A stretch of DNA of 49,038 nt from Candidatus Berkelbacteria bacterium (lineage in GTDB: Bacteria > Patescibacteriota > UBA1384 > 2-12-FULL-50-11). Both the position numbers and the translations under genes were made by a program. The notes under the pieces are model-generated. The model was not told the DNA's origin. It saw nothing but the letters and a program-made list of their open reading frames with translations, and searched no databases. Shown in pieces: positions 21,992 through 31,600 of the stretch. The stretch's first letter is position 1; the number at the start of each line of letters is the position of its first letter. The DNA lies in assembly GCA_030650195.1 (NCBI GenBank), contig JAUSEP010000041.1, positions 1-49,038 of the forward strand, read 5' to 3'.

Positions 21992-22020
21992 TTGACTCGA
22001 GACTTAAAAATTGAGAAAAT
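21992..22020 (+). promoter_or_regulatory. Candidate promoter for the rplC-led operon
   Basis: TTGACT (21992..21997), a 17-nt spacer, then GAAAAT (22015..22020). A TG sits at the extended -10 position (22012..22013). Confidence 0.35.
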
Positions 22021-22073
22021 GTCTCTAATGTCTGCCCCATTAACTTGGGAAAATCAGTCAACATATTTAATCA

Positions 22074-22676
22074 ATGAAAGCTATTCTTGGCCACAAAGTG
22101 GGAATGACCCAGCTTTGGGACGACAAAGGTCGTTTAATTTCGGGTACAGTAATTTTGGCCGAAGACAACAAGATTCTTGGCAAGATTAACGGCCAGACTA
22201 CAATTGGTGTTGCTACAACAGGAAACACAAACAAAGCTCAGCGAAAAACGGCTGAGCATCTTGGTTCTAAGAAGGGGATTTGGCTGAAAGTTTTGCCTGA
22301 GGAGCTCGAAGGTGCAAAGCTAACTGTTGAGCAGTTCGAAATTGGTGAAAAGGTCAGTGTCACCGGCATAACAAAGGGTAAGGGTTTTGCGGGAGGCGTT
22401 AAAAGACACGGATTCGCCGGTTGGCCAGCAAGCCATGGTCACTCACATCAACGGCGTCCTGGCTCGATTGGTGCTCAGAGACCGCAACGTGTCGTAAAAG
22501 GACAAAAAATGGCTGGACACATGGGCGTTGAACAGTTTACCAGTCGTGGTAGCACAGTCTTGTTTATTGATAACACAAACAAAACGCTGGTTGTCTCCGG
22601 AGCAGTACCCGGTCCAAGAAAGGGCCGAGTTTTTGTTAAGAGCCAGGTAAGTAACTCAACACTAAACAATGGTTAA
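22074..22676 (+). CDS. rplC: 50S ribosomal protein L3
   Basis: MKAILGHKVGMTQLWDDKG..., 200 aa. I see no obvious SD upstream. Confidence 0.95.
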   Translation: MKAILGHKVGMTQLWDDKGRLISGTVILAEDNKILGKINGQTTIGVATTGNTNKAQRKTAEHLGSKKGIWLKVLPEELEGAKLTVEQFEIGEKVSVTGITKGKGFAGGVKRHGFAGWPASHGHSHQRRPGSIGAQRPQRVVKGQKMAGHMGVEQFTSRGSTVLFIDNTNKTLVVSGAVPGPRKGRVFVKSQVSNSTLNNG

Positions 22677-23274
22677 CAAGATCTTAATTAAACAGGCCGT
22701 ATTGGCGATGCAAGCCAACCAAAGACAATCAACTTCCCACACTAAAACTCGTGGTGAAGTTTCTGGTGGTGGTAAAAAGCCATGGAAACAAAAAGGCACA
22801 GGTAGGGCTCGGGTTGGTTCTTCGCGCTCACCAGTTTGGGTTGGTGGTGGTATTACCTTCGGACCAACAAACAGTCAAAATTTCAAGCAAGTACTACCCA
22901 AGAGAATGGCAAAAATCGCTAAGGAGCAGCTTTGGCAGCTTTTTAAGACTGAGGATAGGGTTATCAGCGTACCTAAATTACATTTAGCGGAACCGAAAAC
23001 CAAGCTTGCAGTAAAGATGTTATCTGAGATCAAACCTAAGGGTAAGTCTTTATTGGTAACCAAGAACGTTGAGCCAGAGCTTATTTTGGCAACATCCAAT
23101 ATCCCTAATACTGACGTCAAACCACTCGATCAGGTTTCTATTTTAGACTTAGCTTTCTATAGGACTTTAGTGCTGGAGAAAGATTGTTACGACCAAATTT
23201 ACGGGAAATCCACTCCGGCTAAAAAGGCGACGAAAACTGCGGTAAAAAAGGAAAATGACGAGGTAGTCTCATGA
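22669..23274 (+). CDS. rplD: 50S ribosomal protein L4
   Basis: GGGKKPWKQKGTGRARVGSSRSPVWVGGG. It overlaps rplC by 8 nt. Confidence 0.95.
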   Translation: MVNKILIKQAVLAMQANQRQSTSHTKTRGEVSGGGKKPWKQKGTGRARVGSSRSPVWVGGGITFGPTNSQNFKQVLPKRMAKIAKEQLWQLFKTEDRVISVPKLHLAEPKTKLAVKMLSEIKPKGKSLLVTKNVEPELILATSNIPNTDVKPLDQVSILDLAFYRTLVLEKDCYDQIYGKSTPAKKATKTAVKKENDEVVS

Positions 23275-23594
23275 ACTTAATATCTTCACCGATCTTAACT
23301 GAGAAAGCCGCACTAGGTATGGACCGAGGCCTTTATGTTATGACGATTGATAGAAACGCTACCAAAAACTCAATTACAACGGAGATGAAAAAACAGTTTG
23401 ATCTCGATGTTGTTTCCGTGCGGATTGTTAATCTGCCTGCAAAGAGAGTTAAGTTTAAACGTCTGCCTGGGGTTCAAACAGCCCGACGTAAGGCCTATGT
23501 TCAATTGAAGAAAGGTCAGAAACTACCTGGTTTTGAACTTCCTAAGCAAAAAGAAGAAAAGGCTTCCAAAGAACAGGTTAAGGAGAAAAACTAA
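23271..23594 (+). CDS. rplW: 50S ribosomal protein L23
   Basis: Assigned by operon position, its ILTEKA motif and its 107-aa size. The start overlaps rplD (ATGA). Confidence 0.9.
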   Translation: MNLISSPILTEKAALGMDRGLYVMTIDRNATKNSITTEMKKQFDLDVVSVRIVNLPAKRVKFKRLPGVQTARRKAYVQLKKGQKLPGFELPKQKEEKASKEQVKEKN

Positions 23595-24421
23595 TGCCAC
23601 GCCTAATTAACCCCACAACTCCCGCTCAACGCAAAAAGAGCTTTGGAGATTTCGAAACACTAACTAAAAAACGTCCTGAACGTTCTCTTACGGTTGCGTT
23701 GCAATCACACGCAGGACGAGACAAACATGGACGCATCTCTGTTTGGCATCGAGGGGGAGGAGCAAAACGCCTTTATCGTCTAATAGATTTCAAATTCTTA
23801 CCTTTCGAAGGAGCAGCCAAGGTGGAATCTTTAGAGTATGACCCAAACCGTTCGTCCTTCATTGCGCTACTTGAAATGCCGGATAAAACGAAGAAGTATA
23901 TTTTGGCAGCTGACAAGATGAAAGTTGGTCAAAGCGTAACGTCCGGAGAGTCTAAAAGAATTACTCTTGGGTCAAGGGCTAAACTAGCCGACATCGGAGT
24001 TGGTGTTGATATTCACAATATTGAGCTTCAGCCAGGACGCGGTGGGCAAGTAGTTCGCTCTGCTGGGGGATCGGCAACAATCACCGCCAAAGAAGGTAAG
24101 TACGCTTACGTTAAGATGCCTTCTTCAGAAATCCGTAAAATCTTGCTAGAATGTGGGGCATCGGTTGGTAGTGTTTCTAATACCACCCACAACCGTATTC
24201 GCATCGCCAAAGCTGGCCGAACTCGACACATGGGAATCCGTCCAACGGTTCGTGGTAAAGCCATGAACCCTGTTTCTCACCCACATGGAGGTGGAGAAGG
24301 TGTTAACCCGATTGGCTTGAAGCATCCAAAGACGCCTTGGGGTAAACCAGCGTTGGGTTACAGAACGCGTCGAAATAAAAGAACTACCAAGTTCATTTTG
24401 CAGCGGAGAACAAAGAGATAA
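23594..24421 (+). CDS. rplB: 50S ribosomal protein L2
   Basis: RGKAMNPVSHPHGGGEG, 275 aa. Confidence 0.97.
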   Translation: MPRLINPTTPAQRKKSFGDFETLTKKRPERSLTVALQSHAGRDKHGRISVWHRGGGAKRLYRLIDFKFLPFEGAAKVESLEYDPNRSSFIALLEMPDKTKKYILAADKMKVGQSVTSGESKRITLGSRAKLADIGVGVDIHNIELQPGRGGQVVRSAGGSATITAKEGKYAYVKMPSSEIRKILLECGASVGSVSNTTHNRIRIAKAGRTRHMGIRPTVRGKAMNPVSHPHGGGEGVNPIGLKHPKTPWGKPALGYRTRRNKRTTKFILQRRTKR

Positions 24422-24424
24422 AAA

Positions 24425-24733
24425 ATGTCACGATCAATTAAAAAAGGTCCGTTTATAGACCTAAAGTTAATGGAGAAAGTTAAGAAGATGGCCACATCCG
24501 GAACTAAGTCTGTGATCAAGACTTGGTCGCGTCATTCGACAATTTTCCCAGAAATGGTGGGTTTCACTTTTGCTGTACACAACGGTCGTAAGCATATAAA
24601 CGTCGTAGTCTTTGAAGAGATGGTTGGCCATAAATTGGGGGAATTTTCTCCTACGCGAACGTTCAAGGGTCACGGCGGTAAGATGGCTAAGGAACAGGCA
24701 GCGGACAAATCTAAAACTGTAGAGAAATCGTAA
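24425..24733 (+). CDS. rpsS: 30S ribosomal protein S19
   Basis: [12 protein letters not shown]...VHNGRKH. Confidence 0.96.
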   Translation: MSRSIKKGPFIDLKLMEKVKKMATSGTKSVIKTWSRHSTIFPEMVGFTFAVHNGRKHINVVVFEEMVGHKLGEFSPTRTFKGHGGKMAKEQAADKSKTVEKS

Positions 24734-24734
24734 G

Positions 24735-25145
24735 ATGATAAAAGTAAAACTAAACTACGTCCGCCATTCAGCTCGTAAACTTCGACCAGTGTTGTCGGTT
24801 TTTGTTGGTCAGAAATTAGAAACTGCCATCGACAAAACATCAATTATGGCCCAAGACTCCGCTCAGATGCTAAACAAAACTCTTAGAATGGCCCGTGCTG
24901 CGGCGGAAGAAAAAGAATTTTCAGCCAACGACATGGTTGTATCGCAAGCCTATGCTACTGAGGGACCAAGAATCAAGCGTAGTCGCGCCAACGCTCGCGG
25001 TCGAACCAACCGCTACATCAAGCATCTAGCCCATATCACCGTAATGCTCGAAGAGCATAAAGACAAAAATTCAACTGCTAAGGAACCTGTTATTGCTAAG
25101 GGGAAGGTTGAAACCAAAGTTAGAAGTAAAAAGGATAAAAACTAA
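24735..25145 (+). CDS. rplV: 50S ribosomal protein L22
   Basis: Assigned by operon position. It has YVRHSARKLRPV and RIKRSRANARGRTNRYIKHLAHITV. Confidence 0.93.
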   Translation: MIKVKLNYVRHSARKLRPVLSVFVGQKLETAIDKTSIMAQDSAQMLNKTLRMARAAAEEKEFSANDMVVSQAYATEGPRIKRSRANARGRTNRYIKHLAHITVMLEEHKDKNSTAKEPVIAKGKVETKVRSKKDKN

Positions 25146-25798
25146 TGGGTCATAAAATAAATCCGCTCAGCAACAGAATGTCCATTACCTCGGCTTGGCA
25201 GAGTCGCTGGTTCGGTGGTAACAAATTTAAAGAGTACTTAGTATCTGACTTTAAGATACGTGACTATATTCAAAAGAAACTAAATAACGCCGGTGTGAAG
25301 TCGGTGACGATCGTTCGTTCACGAGACAAGCTAGCTATAGAGGTAGTAACGAGTAAGCCAGGACTGGTTATCGGTCGTGGTGGTCAAGGAATCACCGATC
25401 TGAAAGCACAGGTTCAAAAGCTCTTTTACCCTGCCGGTATACCCGCTGTTCGTATTGATATTGTGGAAGACCGTAATCCCGAGCTATCCGCAGAGTTAGT
25501 GGCGCAAAATATTGGTAATCAGATCGAAAGACGGATTCCGTACCGCCGAGCTTGCAAACAAGCCCTTGAAAAGACAATGGCCAAGAATGCCAAAGGAATT
25601 AAGATTATTGTCTCGGGTCGTTTAAACGGTGCTGAGATTGCTCGTACGGAGAAGTTCCAGACTGGTTCGATCCCACTCTCACGTTTTAATATTAATATTG
25701 ATCACGCTGTTTATCACGCTAAAACAACCTACGGTGTTACTGGTGTCAAAGTTTGGGTGAACTTAGGTCCTCATCAGATTGTCGAGGAGGAGAAGTAA
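25145..25798 (+). CDS. rpsC: 30S ribosomal protein S3
   Basis: [12 protein letters not shown]...[11 protein letters not shown] (KH domain), 217 aa. Confidence 0.96.
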   Translation: MGHKINPLSNRMSITSAWQSRWFGGNKFKEYLVSDFKIRDYIQKKLNNAGVKSVTIVRSRDKLAIEVVTSKPGLVIGRGGQGITDLKAQVQKLFYPAGIPAVRIDIVEDRNPELSAELVAQNIGNQIERRIPYRRACKQALEKTMAKNAKGIKIIVSGRLNGAEIARTEKFQTGSIPLSRFNINIDHAVYHAKTTYGVTGVKVWVNLGPHQIVEEEK

Positions 25799-25799
25799 A

Positions 25800-26207
25800 A
25801 TGCTATTACCAAGAAAGCTCAAGCACAGAAAAGTCTTTAAGGGAACTTATGCCGGTCCCGCAACCCGAGGAACCGAGCTAGAGTTCGGTGATTTTGGACT
25901 TAAAACTATTGAACGAGGTTGGTTAAGTTCGAGACAGATCGAATCTTCTCGCCGTGCTATGACTCGCTACGTAAAACGTGGCGGTAAAATCTGGATACGA
26001 ATCTTCCCTCACAAACCCGTGACTGCTAAGCCAGCGGAAGTTGGTATGGGAGGTGGAAAAGGAGGATTAGATCACTTTGTAGCCGTCGTCAAACCCGGAA
26101 CTATCCTTTTTGAGATGTCGGGAGTAGAAGAAGCAATTGCTGACGAAGCGATGCGTCTAGCGGCCCATAAGTTGCCCCTGAAAACAAAATTTGTTAGAAA
26201 CGCCTAA
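25800..26207 (+). CDS. rplP: 50S ribosomal protein L16
   Basis: The ATG at 25800 gives [15 protein letters not shown]. The track start at 25779 overlaps rpsC. Confidence 0.95.
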   Translation: MLLPRKLKHRKVFKGTYAGPATRGTELEFGDFGLKTIERGWLSSRQIESSRRAMTRYVKRGGKIWIRIFPHKPVTAKPAEVGMGGGKGGLDHFVAVVKPGTILFEMSGVEEAIADEAMRLAAHKLPLKTKFVRNA

Positions 26208-26211
26208 TAAA

Positions 26212-26424
26212 ATGAAAAAAACCGAGACTTTAGACAAGGCACGCCGATCGACTATCAAGGAAATCTCTGTTAAAATAACCGAGAACCGAAAACAACTTTT
26301 TACCCTAAATCAGGAAAGGATCTTAGGTAAACTAAAGAATGTTTCCGAGATCGGTCAAATAAAAAAGGAAATTGCTCGCCTTGCGACTGTTCTTGACGAA
26401 AGAGTTAGCGAATCTGTGAAATAA
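26212..26424 (+). CDS. rpmC: 50S ribosomal protein L29
   Basis: Assigned by operon position. The ATG at 26212 follows the rplP stop (the track starts at a TTG at 26191 inside rplP). 70 aa. Confidence 0.85.
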   Translation: MKKTETLDKARRSTIKEISVKITENRKQLFTLNQERILGKLKNVSEIGQIKKEIARLATVLDERVSESVK

Positions 26425-26428
26425 ACAA

Positions 26429-26728
26429 ATGCAAAAATATTTAACCGGAGTTGTGGTAACTAATACGGCCAAGGATACGGCCGTTGTTGAGGTGGTCACC
26501 TGGAAGACACACCGTATTTTTAAGAAACGCTATAAAAGAACTGGTCGCTACCTAGTCCATAACCCGGACAACACCATAGAAGTAGGTACTAAAGTGGAAA
26601 TTATTCCAACTAGACCAATCTCTAAACGAAAATTTTGGCGCATTCAGCCCATTAGCGAACGCGTAGTAACAAAAAAGACGGTTGCCAAAAAACCACTTAA
26701 AACTGCCGTGAAAAAGGAGAGTAAGTAG
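26429..26728 (+). CDS. rpsQ: 30S ribosomal protein S17
   Basis: LTGVVVTNTAKDTAVVEV...HNPDNTIEVGTKVEI. It carries a Lys-rich C-terminal extension. Confidence 0.93.
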   Translation: MQKYLTGVVVTNTAKDTAVVEVVTWKTHRIFKKRYKRTGRYLVHNPDNTIEVGTKVEIIPTRPISKRKFWRIQPISERVVTKKTVAKKPLKTAVKKESK

Positions 26729-27097
26729 ATGCTACAGCTTCGCTCGTATATGAAGGTCGCTGACAACTCTGGAGCCCGTGTTTTAGGGCTAATTAAGGTT
26801 GTAAAACAGGGCAAATTTGCGGCCGCACAGATCGGAGATGTTGTTGTCGCCTCAGTTAAACTTGCTACACCACTTGGTACCGTTAAGGCTCATGAAGTTG
26901 TACGTGCTGTTATCGTGCGACAAACAAAACCAATACGACGTACTGATGGTTCAAGCATCCGTTTTGACGACAACGCAGCGGTAGTTATAAATGACGACGG
27001 CACTCCGCGAGGTACGAGAATCTTTGGTCCCGTTGCTCGCGAGCTACGTGATAGAGGATTTATGAAAATTATTTCATTAGCGAAAGAGGTCCTATGA
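26729..27097 (+). CDS. rplN: 50S ribosomal protein L14
   Basis: [10 protein letters not shown]...[10 protein letters not shown], 122 aa. Confidence 0.97.
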   Translation: MLQLRSYMKVADNSGARVLGLIKVVKQGKFAAAQIGDVVVASVKLATPLGTVKAHEVVRAVIVRQTKPIRRTDGSSIRFDDNAAVVINDDGTPRGTRIFGPVARELRDRGFMKIISLAKEVL

Positions 27098-27423
27098 AAA
27101 TAAGAAAAGGTGACAAAGTTTTGATTATTGCCGGGAAGAACCGTAACCAAGTTGGCACTGTAGAGCTTGTATTAACGAAAAAGAATAAAGCGATTGTTTC
27201 TGGTTTAAATATGGTTAAGAAACACTTGAAACGTTCTGCTAAGAACCCTCAAGGCGGAATCATTGACCAAGCAATGCCGTTAGCCATCTCTAATTTAATG
27301 ATAATCGACCCTTCAAACGACAAGCCAAGCAGGATTGGTTACGAAGTTAAGGGTACGAAAAAAATTAGAGTCAGCAAACTTAGCAACCGCGACTTATCCG
27401 TAAAACAGGAGCAGCATGTCTAA
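27094..27423 (+). CDS. rplX: 50S ribosomal protein L24
   Basis: [23 protein letters not shown] (KOW motif). Confidence 0.95.
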   Translation: MKIRKGDKVLIIAGKNRNQVGTVELVLTKKNKAIVSGLNMVKKHLKRSAKNPQGGIIDQAMPLAISNLMIIDPSNDKPSRIGYEVKGTKKIRVSKLSNRDLSVKQEQHV

Positions 27424-27961
27424 GATTAATATTAAAGAGAAAAGCACTACAATCCACAAAACACTTGCGGAGTCTTTGGGGGTAAAAAACGTTAATGCAT
27501 TACCGAAACTTAAGTCTGTGAACTTGAACGTTGGTTTAGGGCAGAATAAGGGCAACAAAGATATGGTTGCTTATATCGTTGGTGCGTTAAGCAAGATAAC
27601 TGGTCAGAAGCCTGTTATAACACGAGCTAAAAAAGCTATTGCTGGATTCAAAATTCGCTCTGGTGATGAAGTAGGGGTTCGGGTCACTTTGCGAAGCAAT
27701 AAAATGTATGACTTCATCGATCGTCTGATCAATGTCTCCCTACCGAGAATCCGTGACTTTAAAGGAATCAATCCTAAATCTTTTGACCAAAGTGGGAATT
27801 TGACCATCGGTTTCAAGGATCAGGTAGCTTTTGTTGAGCTCGGTCATGACGGGCTTGATAAACCGTTTGGTGTCGAAGTAACTTTCACTATTTCTAATTC
27901 TAACCCAAGTGCGTCCTCACAGTTTCTTAAAGAGCTTGGTTTTCCGATGAAAGTCAGCTAA
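27416..27961 (+). CDS. rplE: 50S ribosomal protein L5
   Basis: Assigned by operon position. It has LPKLKSVNLNVGLG and FDQSGNLTIGFKDQ. Confidence 0.95.
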   Translation: MSKINIKEKSTTIHKTLAESLGVKNVNALPKLKSVNLNVGLGQNKGNKDMVAYIVGALSKITGQKPVITRAKKAIAGFKIRSGDEVGVRVTLRSNKMYDFIDRLINVSLPRIRDFKGINPKSFDQSGNLTIGFKDQVAFVELGHDGLDKPFGVEVTFTISNSNPSASSQFLKELGFPMKVS

Positions 27962-27976
27962 AATTAACAGGTTAAT

Positions 27977-28156
27977 ATGGCAAGTAAACGATATATGATA
28001 GGCAAAGTGGAGAAATACAAAGTCCGGGAAGTGAATCGGTGCGCTTTGTGTGGTCGTAATCGTAGCTACTTGCGTAAATTTGGAATCTGCCGAATTTGTT
28101 TTCGTGAGAGAGCATCTACCGGACAGATTCCTGGGGTCAGAAAGGCGAGCTGGTAA
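27977..28156 (+). CDS. rpsZ: 30S ribosomal protein S14 type Z (zinc-binding, 59 aa)
   Basis: It is below the ORF-track size cutoff, so I translated it by hand: [59 protein letters not shown]. The motifs are CxxC...CxxC. Its TAA overlaps the rpsH ATG. Confidence 0.9.
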   Translation: MASKRYMIGKVEKYKVREVNRCALCGRNRSYLRKFGICRICFRERASTGQIPGVRKASW

Positions 28157-28527
28157 TGTATAACGACACAATTTCAGACTTTTTAACCCGCCTTCGTAAC
28201 GCCAGCATGACTGGTAAGTTAGAGGTGCCTATAAGATCTAGTAAGACCGTGTTGGATATCGCTGGTATCTTGAAAAACGAAGGTTTTATTGCCTCGATCA
28301 AAACTGAAGACAGCAAGGTAACAGTAAGCTTAGACAAGGACTGGCCGATTACTCATATCAAACGTCTGAGCAAGCCGGGAGTCCGATTATATGTAAAAAC
28401 AGATAAGATTCCGCGTCCACGTGGCGGTACCGGAGTTGTTATTCTATCTACCCCCAAGGGCCACCTAACCGGTAGTCAAGCACGAAAACAAAAGGTTGGC
28501 GGTGAACTAGTTTGTGAGGTTTGGTAA
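28156..28527 (+). CDS. rpsH: 30S ribosomal protein S8
   Basis: DTISDFLTRLRNA...VVILSTPKG. Confidence 0.96.
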   Translation: MYNDTISDFLTRLRNASMTGKLEVPIRSSKTVLDIAGILKNEGFIASIKTEDSKVTVSLDKDWPITHIKRLSKPGVRLYVKTDKIPRPRGGTGVVILSTPKGHLTGSQARKQKVGGELVCEVW

Positions 28528-29069
28528 TGTCGCGAATAGGTGTGCAGCCAATTATATTACCGGACGGCGTATCTTTAGCTCGTGAGGGTCGAGTGCTAAC
28601 ACTTAACGGTACTAAGGGACAGTTGTCACTTAGCTTACCCGAAGGTGTTGACGTAAGCCAAAAAGAAAACACGCTACAAGTAACCCGCCAAAGCGAGCAG
28701 AGAGAACACCGTGCTCTTCATGGCACAATCCGTAGCTTACTAGCAAATATAGTCACGGGAATCACAGACGGTTTCACCAAGAAACTCGAACTCATCGGTA
28801 TCGGTTATCGCGCCTCCATCGAGGAGGGTGAGTTAGTACTTTTAGTTGGTTTCACCCACCCTGTAAAACTAGTCATTCCTGAAGGATTGGAAGCAAAAAT
28901 AGAGAAGAATGTCATCAGTATCTCAGGTATCGACAGACAAAGTGTCGGTCAGTTCGCCGCAATTATTCGTGATGTTCGACCTCCAGAGCCATATAAAGGC
29001 AAAGGAATCCGTTACGAAGGCGAAAAAGTCAGAATGAAGCAGGGCAAGGCCGTAAAGGCGGGAGCATAA
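28527..29069 (+). CDS. rplF: 50S ribosomal protein L6
   Basis: The ATG at 28527 gives MSRIGVQPI and overlaps the rpsH TAA (the track starts at the TTG at 28521). It has PEPYKGKGIRYEGE. Confidence 0.95.
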   Translation: MSRIGVQPIILPDGVSLAREGRVLTLNGTKGQLSLSLPEGVDVSQKENTLQVTRQSEQREHRALHGTIRSLLANIVTGITDGFTKKLELIGIGYRASIEEGELVLLVGFTHPVKLVIPEGLEAKIEKNVISISGIDRQSVGQFAAIIRDVRPPEPYKGKGIRYEGEKVRMKQGKAVKAGA

Positions 29070-29070
29070 A

Positions 29071-29394
29071 ATGATTAGCAAAAGACTAAAGAAAAAAACT
29101 CGGATGATAGTAAAAGGTAGCACTTCCAGACCAAGACTGGCTGTTTTTCGTAGCCTAACTAATTTAAGTGCCCAGCTAATTGATGACTCAACTGGTAAAA
29201 CACTAGCTTGCGCAAGCTCTGTTAAGGAAAAAGGTACCAGAACAGAGAAGGCGAAGTTTGTTGGTAGCCAGATTGCTAAGAGCGCTGCACAAGCTAAGAT
29301 CAAATCTGTCGTCTTCGACAGAGGAGGCTTTGTTTACCAAGGCGTAGTTCAAATTTTGGCAGATGAAGCCAGACGTGGAGGACTAGAATTCTAA
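29071..29394 (+). CDS. rplR: 50S ribosomal protein L18
   Basis: RPRLAVFRSLTNLSAQLIDD...VFDRGGFVYQGVVQILADEARRGGLEF. Confidence 0.95.
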   Translation: MISKRLKKKTRMIVKGSTSRPRLAVFRSLTNLSAQLIDDSTGKTLACASSVKEKGTRTEKAKFVGSQIAKSAAQAKIKSVVFDRGGFVYQGVVQILADEARRGGLEF

Positions 29395-29395
29395 G

Positions 29396-29905
29396 ATGAT
29401 TAAAGCCATACCAAAAGAAGTTAAAGAAATTGTAGAGGAATTCATACCCGATGCTGTTGAGATGGCTGAAAATGTCGTCTCCATCGATAGAATCTCCCGA
29501 ACTGTTAAAGGAGGACGAAGAATTCGCTTCCGTGCCATTGTTGTAGTTGGTAACCGTAATGGGAGAGTTGGAGTTGGTACCGGCAAGGCTGCCGATGTTC
29601 AGGGCGCGATTGCTAAAGCTAAACACGCTGCAGAAAAAACTATGATAGATATCCCGATCGTAAACGGAACAATCAGCCATCCAATTATGGAAGTTTACGG
29701 TACTAGTCGGGTTCTTCTTAAACCAGCCCCCCAAGGTCACTCAGTAATTGCAGGTGGGTCAGTACGGGCCGTTGTTGAGCTCTCCGGTATATCCAACATT
29801 GTTAGTAAGTCTATTGGTAGCGCAAACGCGTTAAACAACGCTATGGCAACTTTCCATGCCTTAAAGAAGCTTTCCTTAGAGAAAGGACGAAAGGGAGACA
29901 GCTAA
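29396..29905 (+). CDS. rpsE: 30S ribosomal protein S5
   Basis: [33 protein letters not shown]. Confidence 0.96.
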   Translation: MIKAIPKEVKEIVEEFIPDAVEMAENVVSIDRISRTVKGGRRIRFRAIVVVGNRNGRVGVGTGKAADVQGAIAKAKHAAEKTMIDIPIVNGTISHPIMEVYGTSRVLLKPAPQGHSVIAGGSVRAVVELSGISNIVSKSIGSANALNNAMATFHALKKLSLEKGRKGDS

Positions 29906-29906
29906 G

Positions 29907-30323
29907 ATGAATATATCTGCACTATTTACTGGAATTAGAAATACTAAGCGTCAGCGCGTCGGACGTGGAATTGCTGGTAGCGGTGGTAAAACTGCTGGCC
30001 GTGGTACCAAAGGTCAAAACGCTCGCAGCGGTTCGGGACGTAAAGTTCAAGAATGGTTTGAAGGTGGTCAGACTCCGCTTTATCGTAAACAAGCCAAAAA
30101 ACGCGGTTTCAACCACAAGGTAACAAAAGACCTCGCCATAACCACCGATATGATAAATCGCCATTTTAAAGAGGGCGAAACAGTCACTCCTCAATCCGTC
30201 ATTGACCACGGTATAATCCGACGCTTGAAGTCGGGTCAGCAAATCAAGATCATAAAACGAGGCGAGCTAAAAACAGGTATTAAGTTTAGCGACGTTAAGA
30301 AGTCTACTTCGTTAGGAGATTAA
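29907..30323 (+). CDS. rplO: 50S ribosomal protein L15
   Basis: [21 protein letters not shown]. It starts 2 nt after the rpsE stop, so there is no room for rpmD. Confidence 0.95.
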   Translation: MNISALFTGIRNTKRQRVGRGIAGSGGKTAGRGTKGQNARSGSGRKVQEWFEGGQTPLYRKQAKKRGFNHKVTKDLAITTDMINRHFKEGETVTPQSVIDHGIIRRLKSGQQIKIIKRGELKTGIKFSDVKKSTSLGD

Positions 30324-31600
30324 TGCTTGGTGCCCTACTGCAGATCTGGAAGAGTAAAGATCTCCGCACCAAAATCCTAATAACACTAGCGTTACTTGCT
30401 TTCGTTCGTGTAATTGCCCACATTCCGCTACCGGGGATCGATCGAACACAACTTGAAGGTTTTCTGGGCCAATCCCAAAACCAAGTTTTCAGTGTTTTGA
30501 GTGTATTTACTGGTGGCTCACTAGCCAATATTTCAATCGATCTTATGGGAGTTGGTCCGTATATTACGGCTTCGATCGTAGTTCAGCTTATGACTAAGAT
30601 CCTTCCGGCGTGGGAAGAGATTAATAAAGAGGGGACCTCTGGTCGGGAAAAACTAAATCAGTACACACGTTACCTAACTGTTCCTATGGCCTTCATTCAA
30701 GGCTACGGAACGTTGATCCTACTTAAGAGCCAGAACATTTTAACGACGATATCTACGGGAGAGATCCTTATGATGCTGATGATTATTGTGGCGACAAGCG
30801 TCTTTGTCATGTGGATCGGTGAACTTATCTCAGAACGAGGTTTAGGAAACGGAATCTCGCTGATTATCGCGCTAGGTATTATTGCAGGGCTACCACAGCA
30901 GTTTGCAAACACCGCTACCATCGCCCAAGCTGGCAATATATCCACCCTAATCATTCTTGCCATCTTGGCGGTGCTAACGATTGCGGTGATCGTGATTATG
31001 AACGATGCCGAACGTAAGGTACCAGTAACTTATCCGCGTCGAGTTATAGCCCCGTCTGCCGGGTCGGGAGCGGACTCTTACTTGCCGCTCAAAGTTAACA
31101 CCGCTGGTGTTATCCCGATTATCTTTGCCCTAAGCTTTTTGACTTTCCCAACTATAATTGCACGATTTCTTTCAACTGCGAGAGCCGAATTCTTACAGAA
31201 ATTCGCCGCTGCCGTAACAAGCTTCACGAGCAACGACCTTTACTACGCCATCAGCTACTTTGTATTGGTTTTTGTCTTTACCTTCTTTTACACTTACGTT
31301 GTTTTCCAACCTAAGGAAATTTCCGAGAACCTTCAAAAACAAGGTGGTTTTATCCCAGGAATTAGGCCAGGGACCGAAACCGCTGGTTTCCTGAGCTATA
31401 CGATCGGCCGCCTAACCTTTATCGGTGCCATCTTTTTGTCCTTAATCGCTATCCTGCCTAACATAATGAAGTCTACCACTGGGATCGAGACACTCGTTAT
31501 CGGTGGTACAAGTATTCTAATCGTTGTCTCAGTTGTTATTGAAACCAGCCGTCAGCTCTCCGGACAACTTTCGATGCGCCGCTATGATACGATATCTTAA
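30323..31600 (+). CDS. secY: Preprotein translocase subunit SecY
   Basis: 425 aa and multi-pass. It has LMGVGPYITASIVVQL and WIGELISERGLGNGISLII. Confidence 0.96.
   Translation: MLGALLQIWKSKDLRTKILITLALLAFVRVIAHIPLPGIDRTQLEGFLGQSQNQVFSVLSVFTGGSLANISIDLMGVGPYITASIVVQLMTKILPAWEEINKEGTSGREKLNQYTRYLTVPMAFIQGYGTLILLKSQNILTTISTGEILMMLMIIVATSVFVMWIGELISERGLGNGISLIIALGIIAGLPQQFANTATIAQAGNISTLIILAILAVLTIAVIVIMNDAERKVPVTYPRRVIAPSAGSGADSYLPLKVNTAGVIPIIFALSFLTFPTIIARFLSTARAEFLQKFAAAVTSFTSNDLYYAISYFVLVFVFTFFYTYVVFQPKEISENLQKQGGFIPGIRPGTETAGFLSYTIGRLTFIGAIFLSLIAILPNIMKSTTGIETLVIGGTSILIVVSVVIETSRQLSGQLSMRRYDTIS

Noticed and set aside
21934-22189. A strong AGGAGG (21934..21939) followed 10 nt later by a GTG-initiated 79-aa ORF (21950..22189).
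   Set aside because: The ORF contains the predicted rplC promoter, overlaps the first 116 nt of rplC out of frame, and has no recognisable motif. It is kept only as a note that an orphan SD-like element sits in the rplC upstream region.
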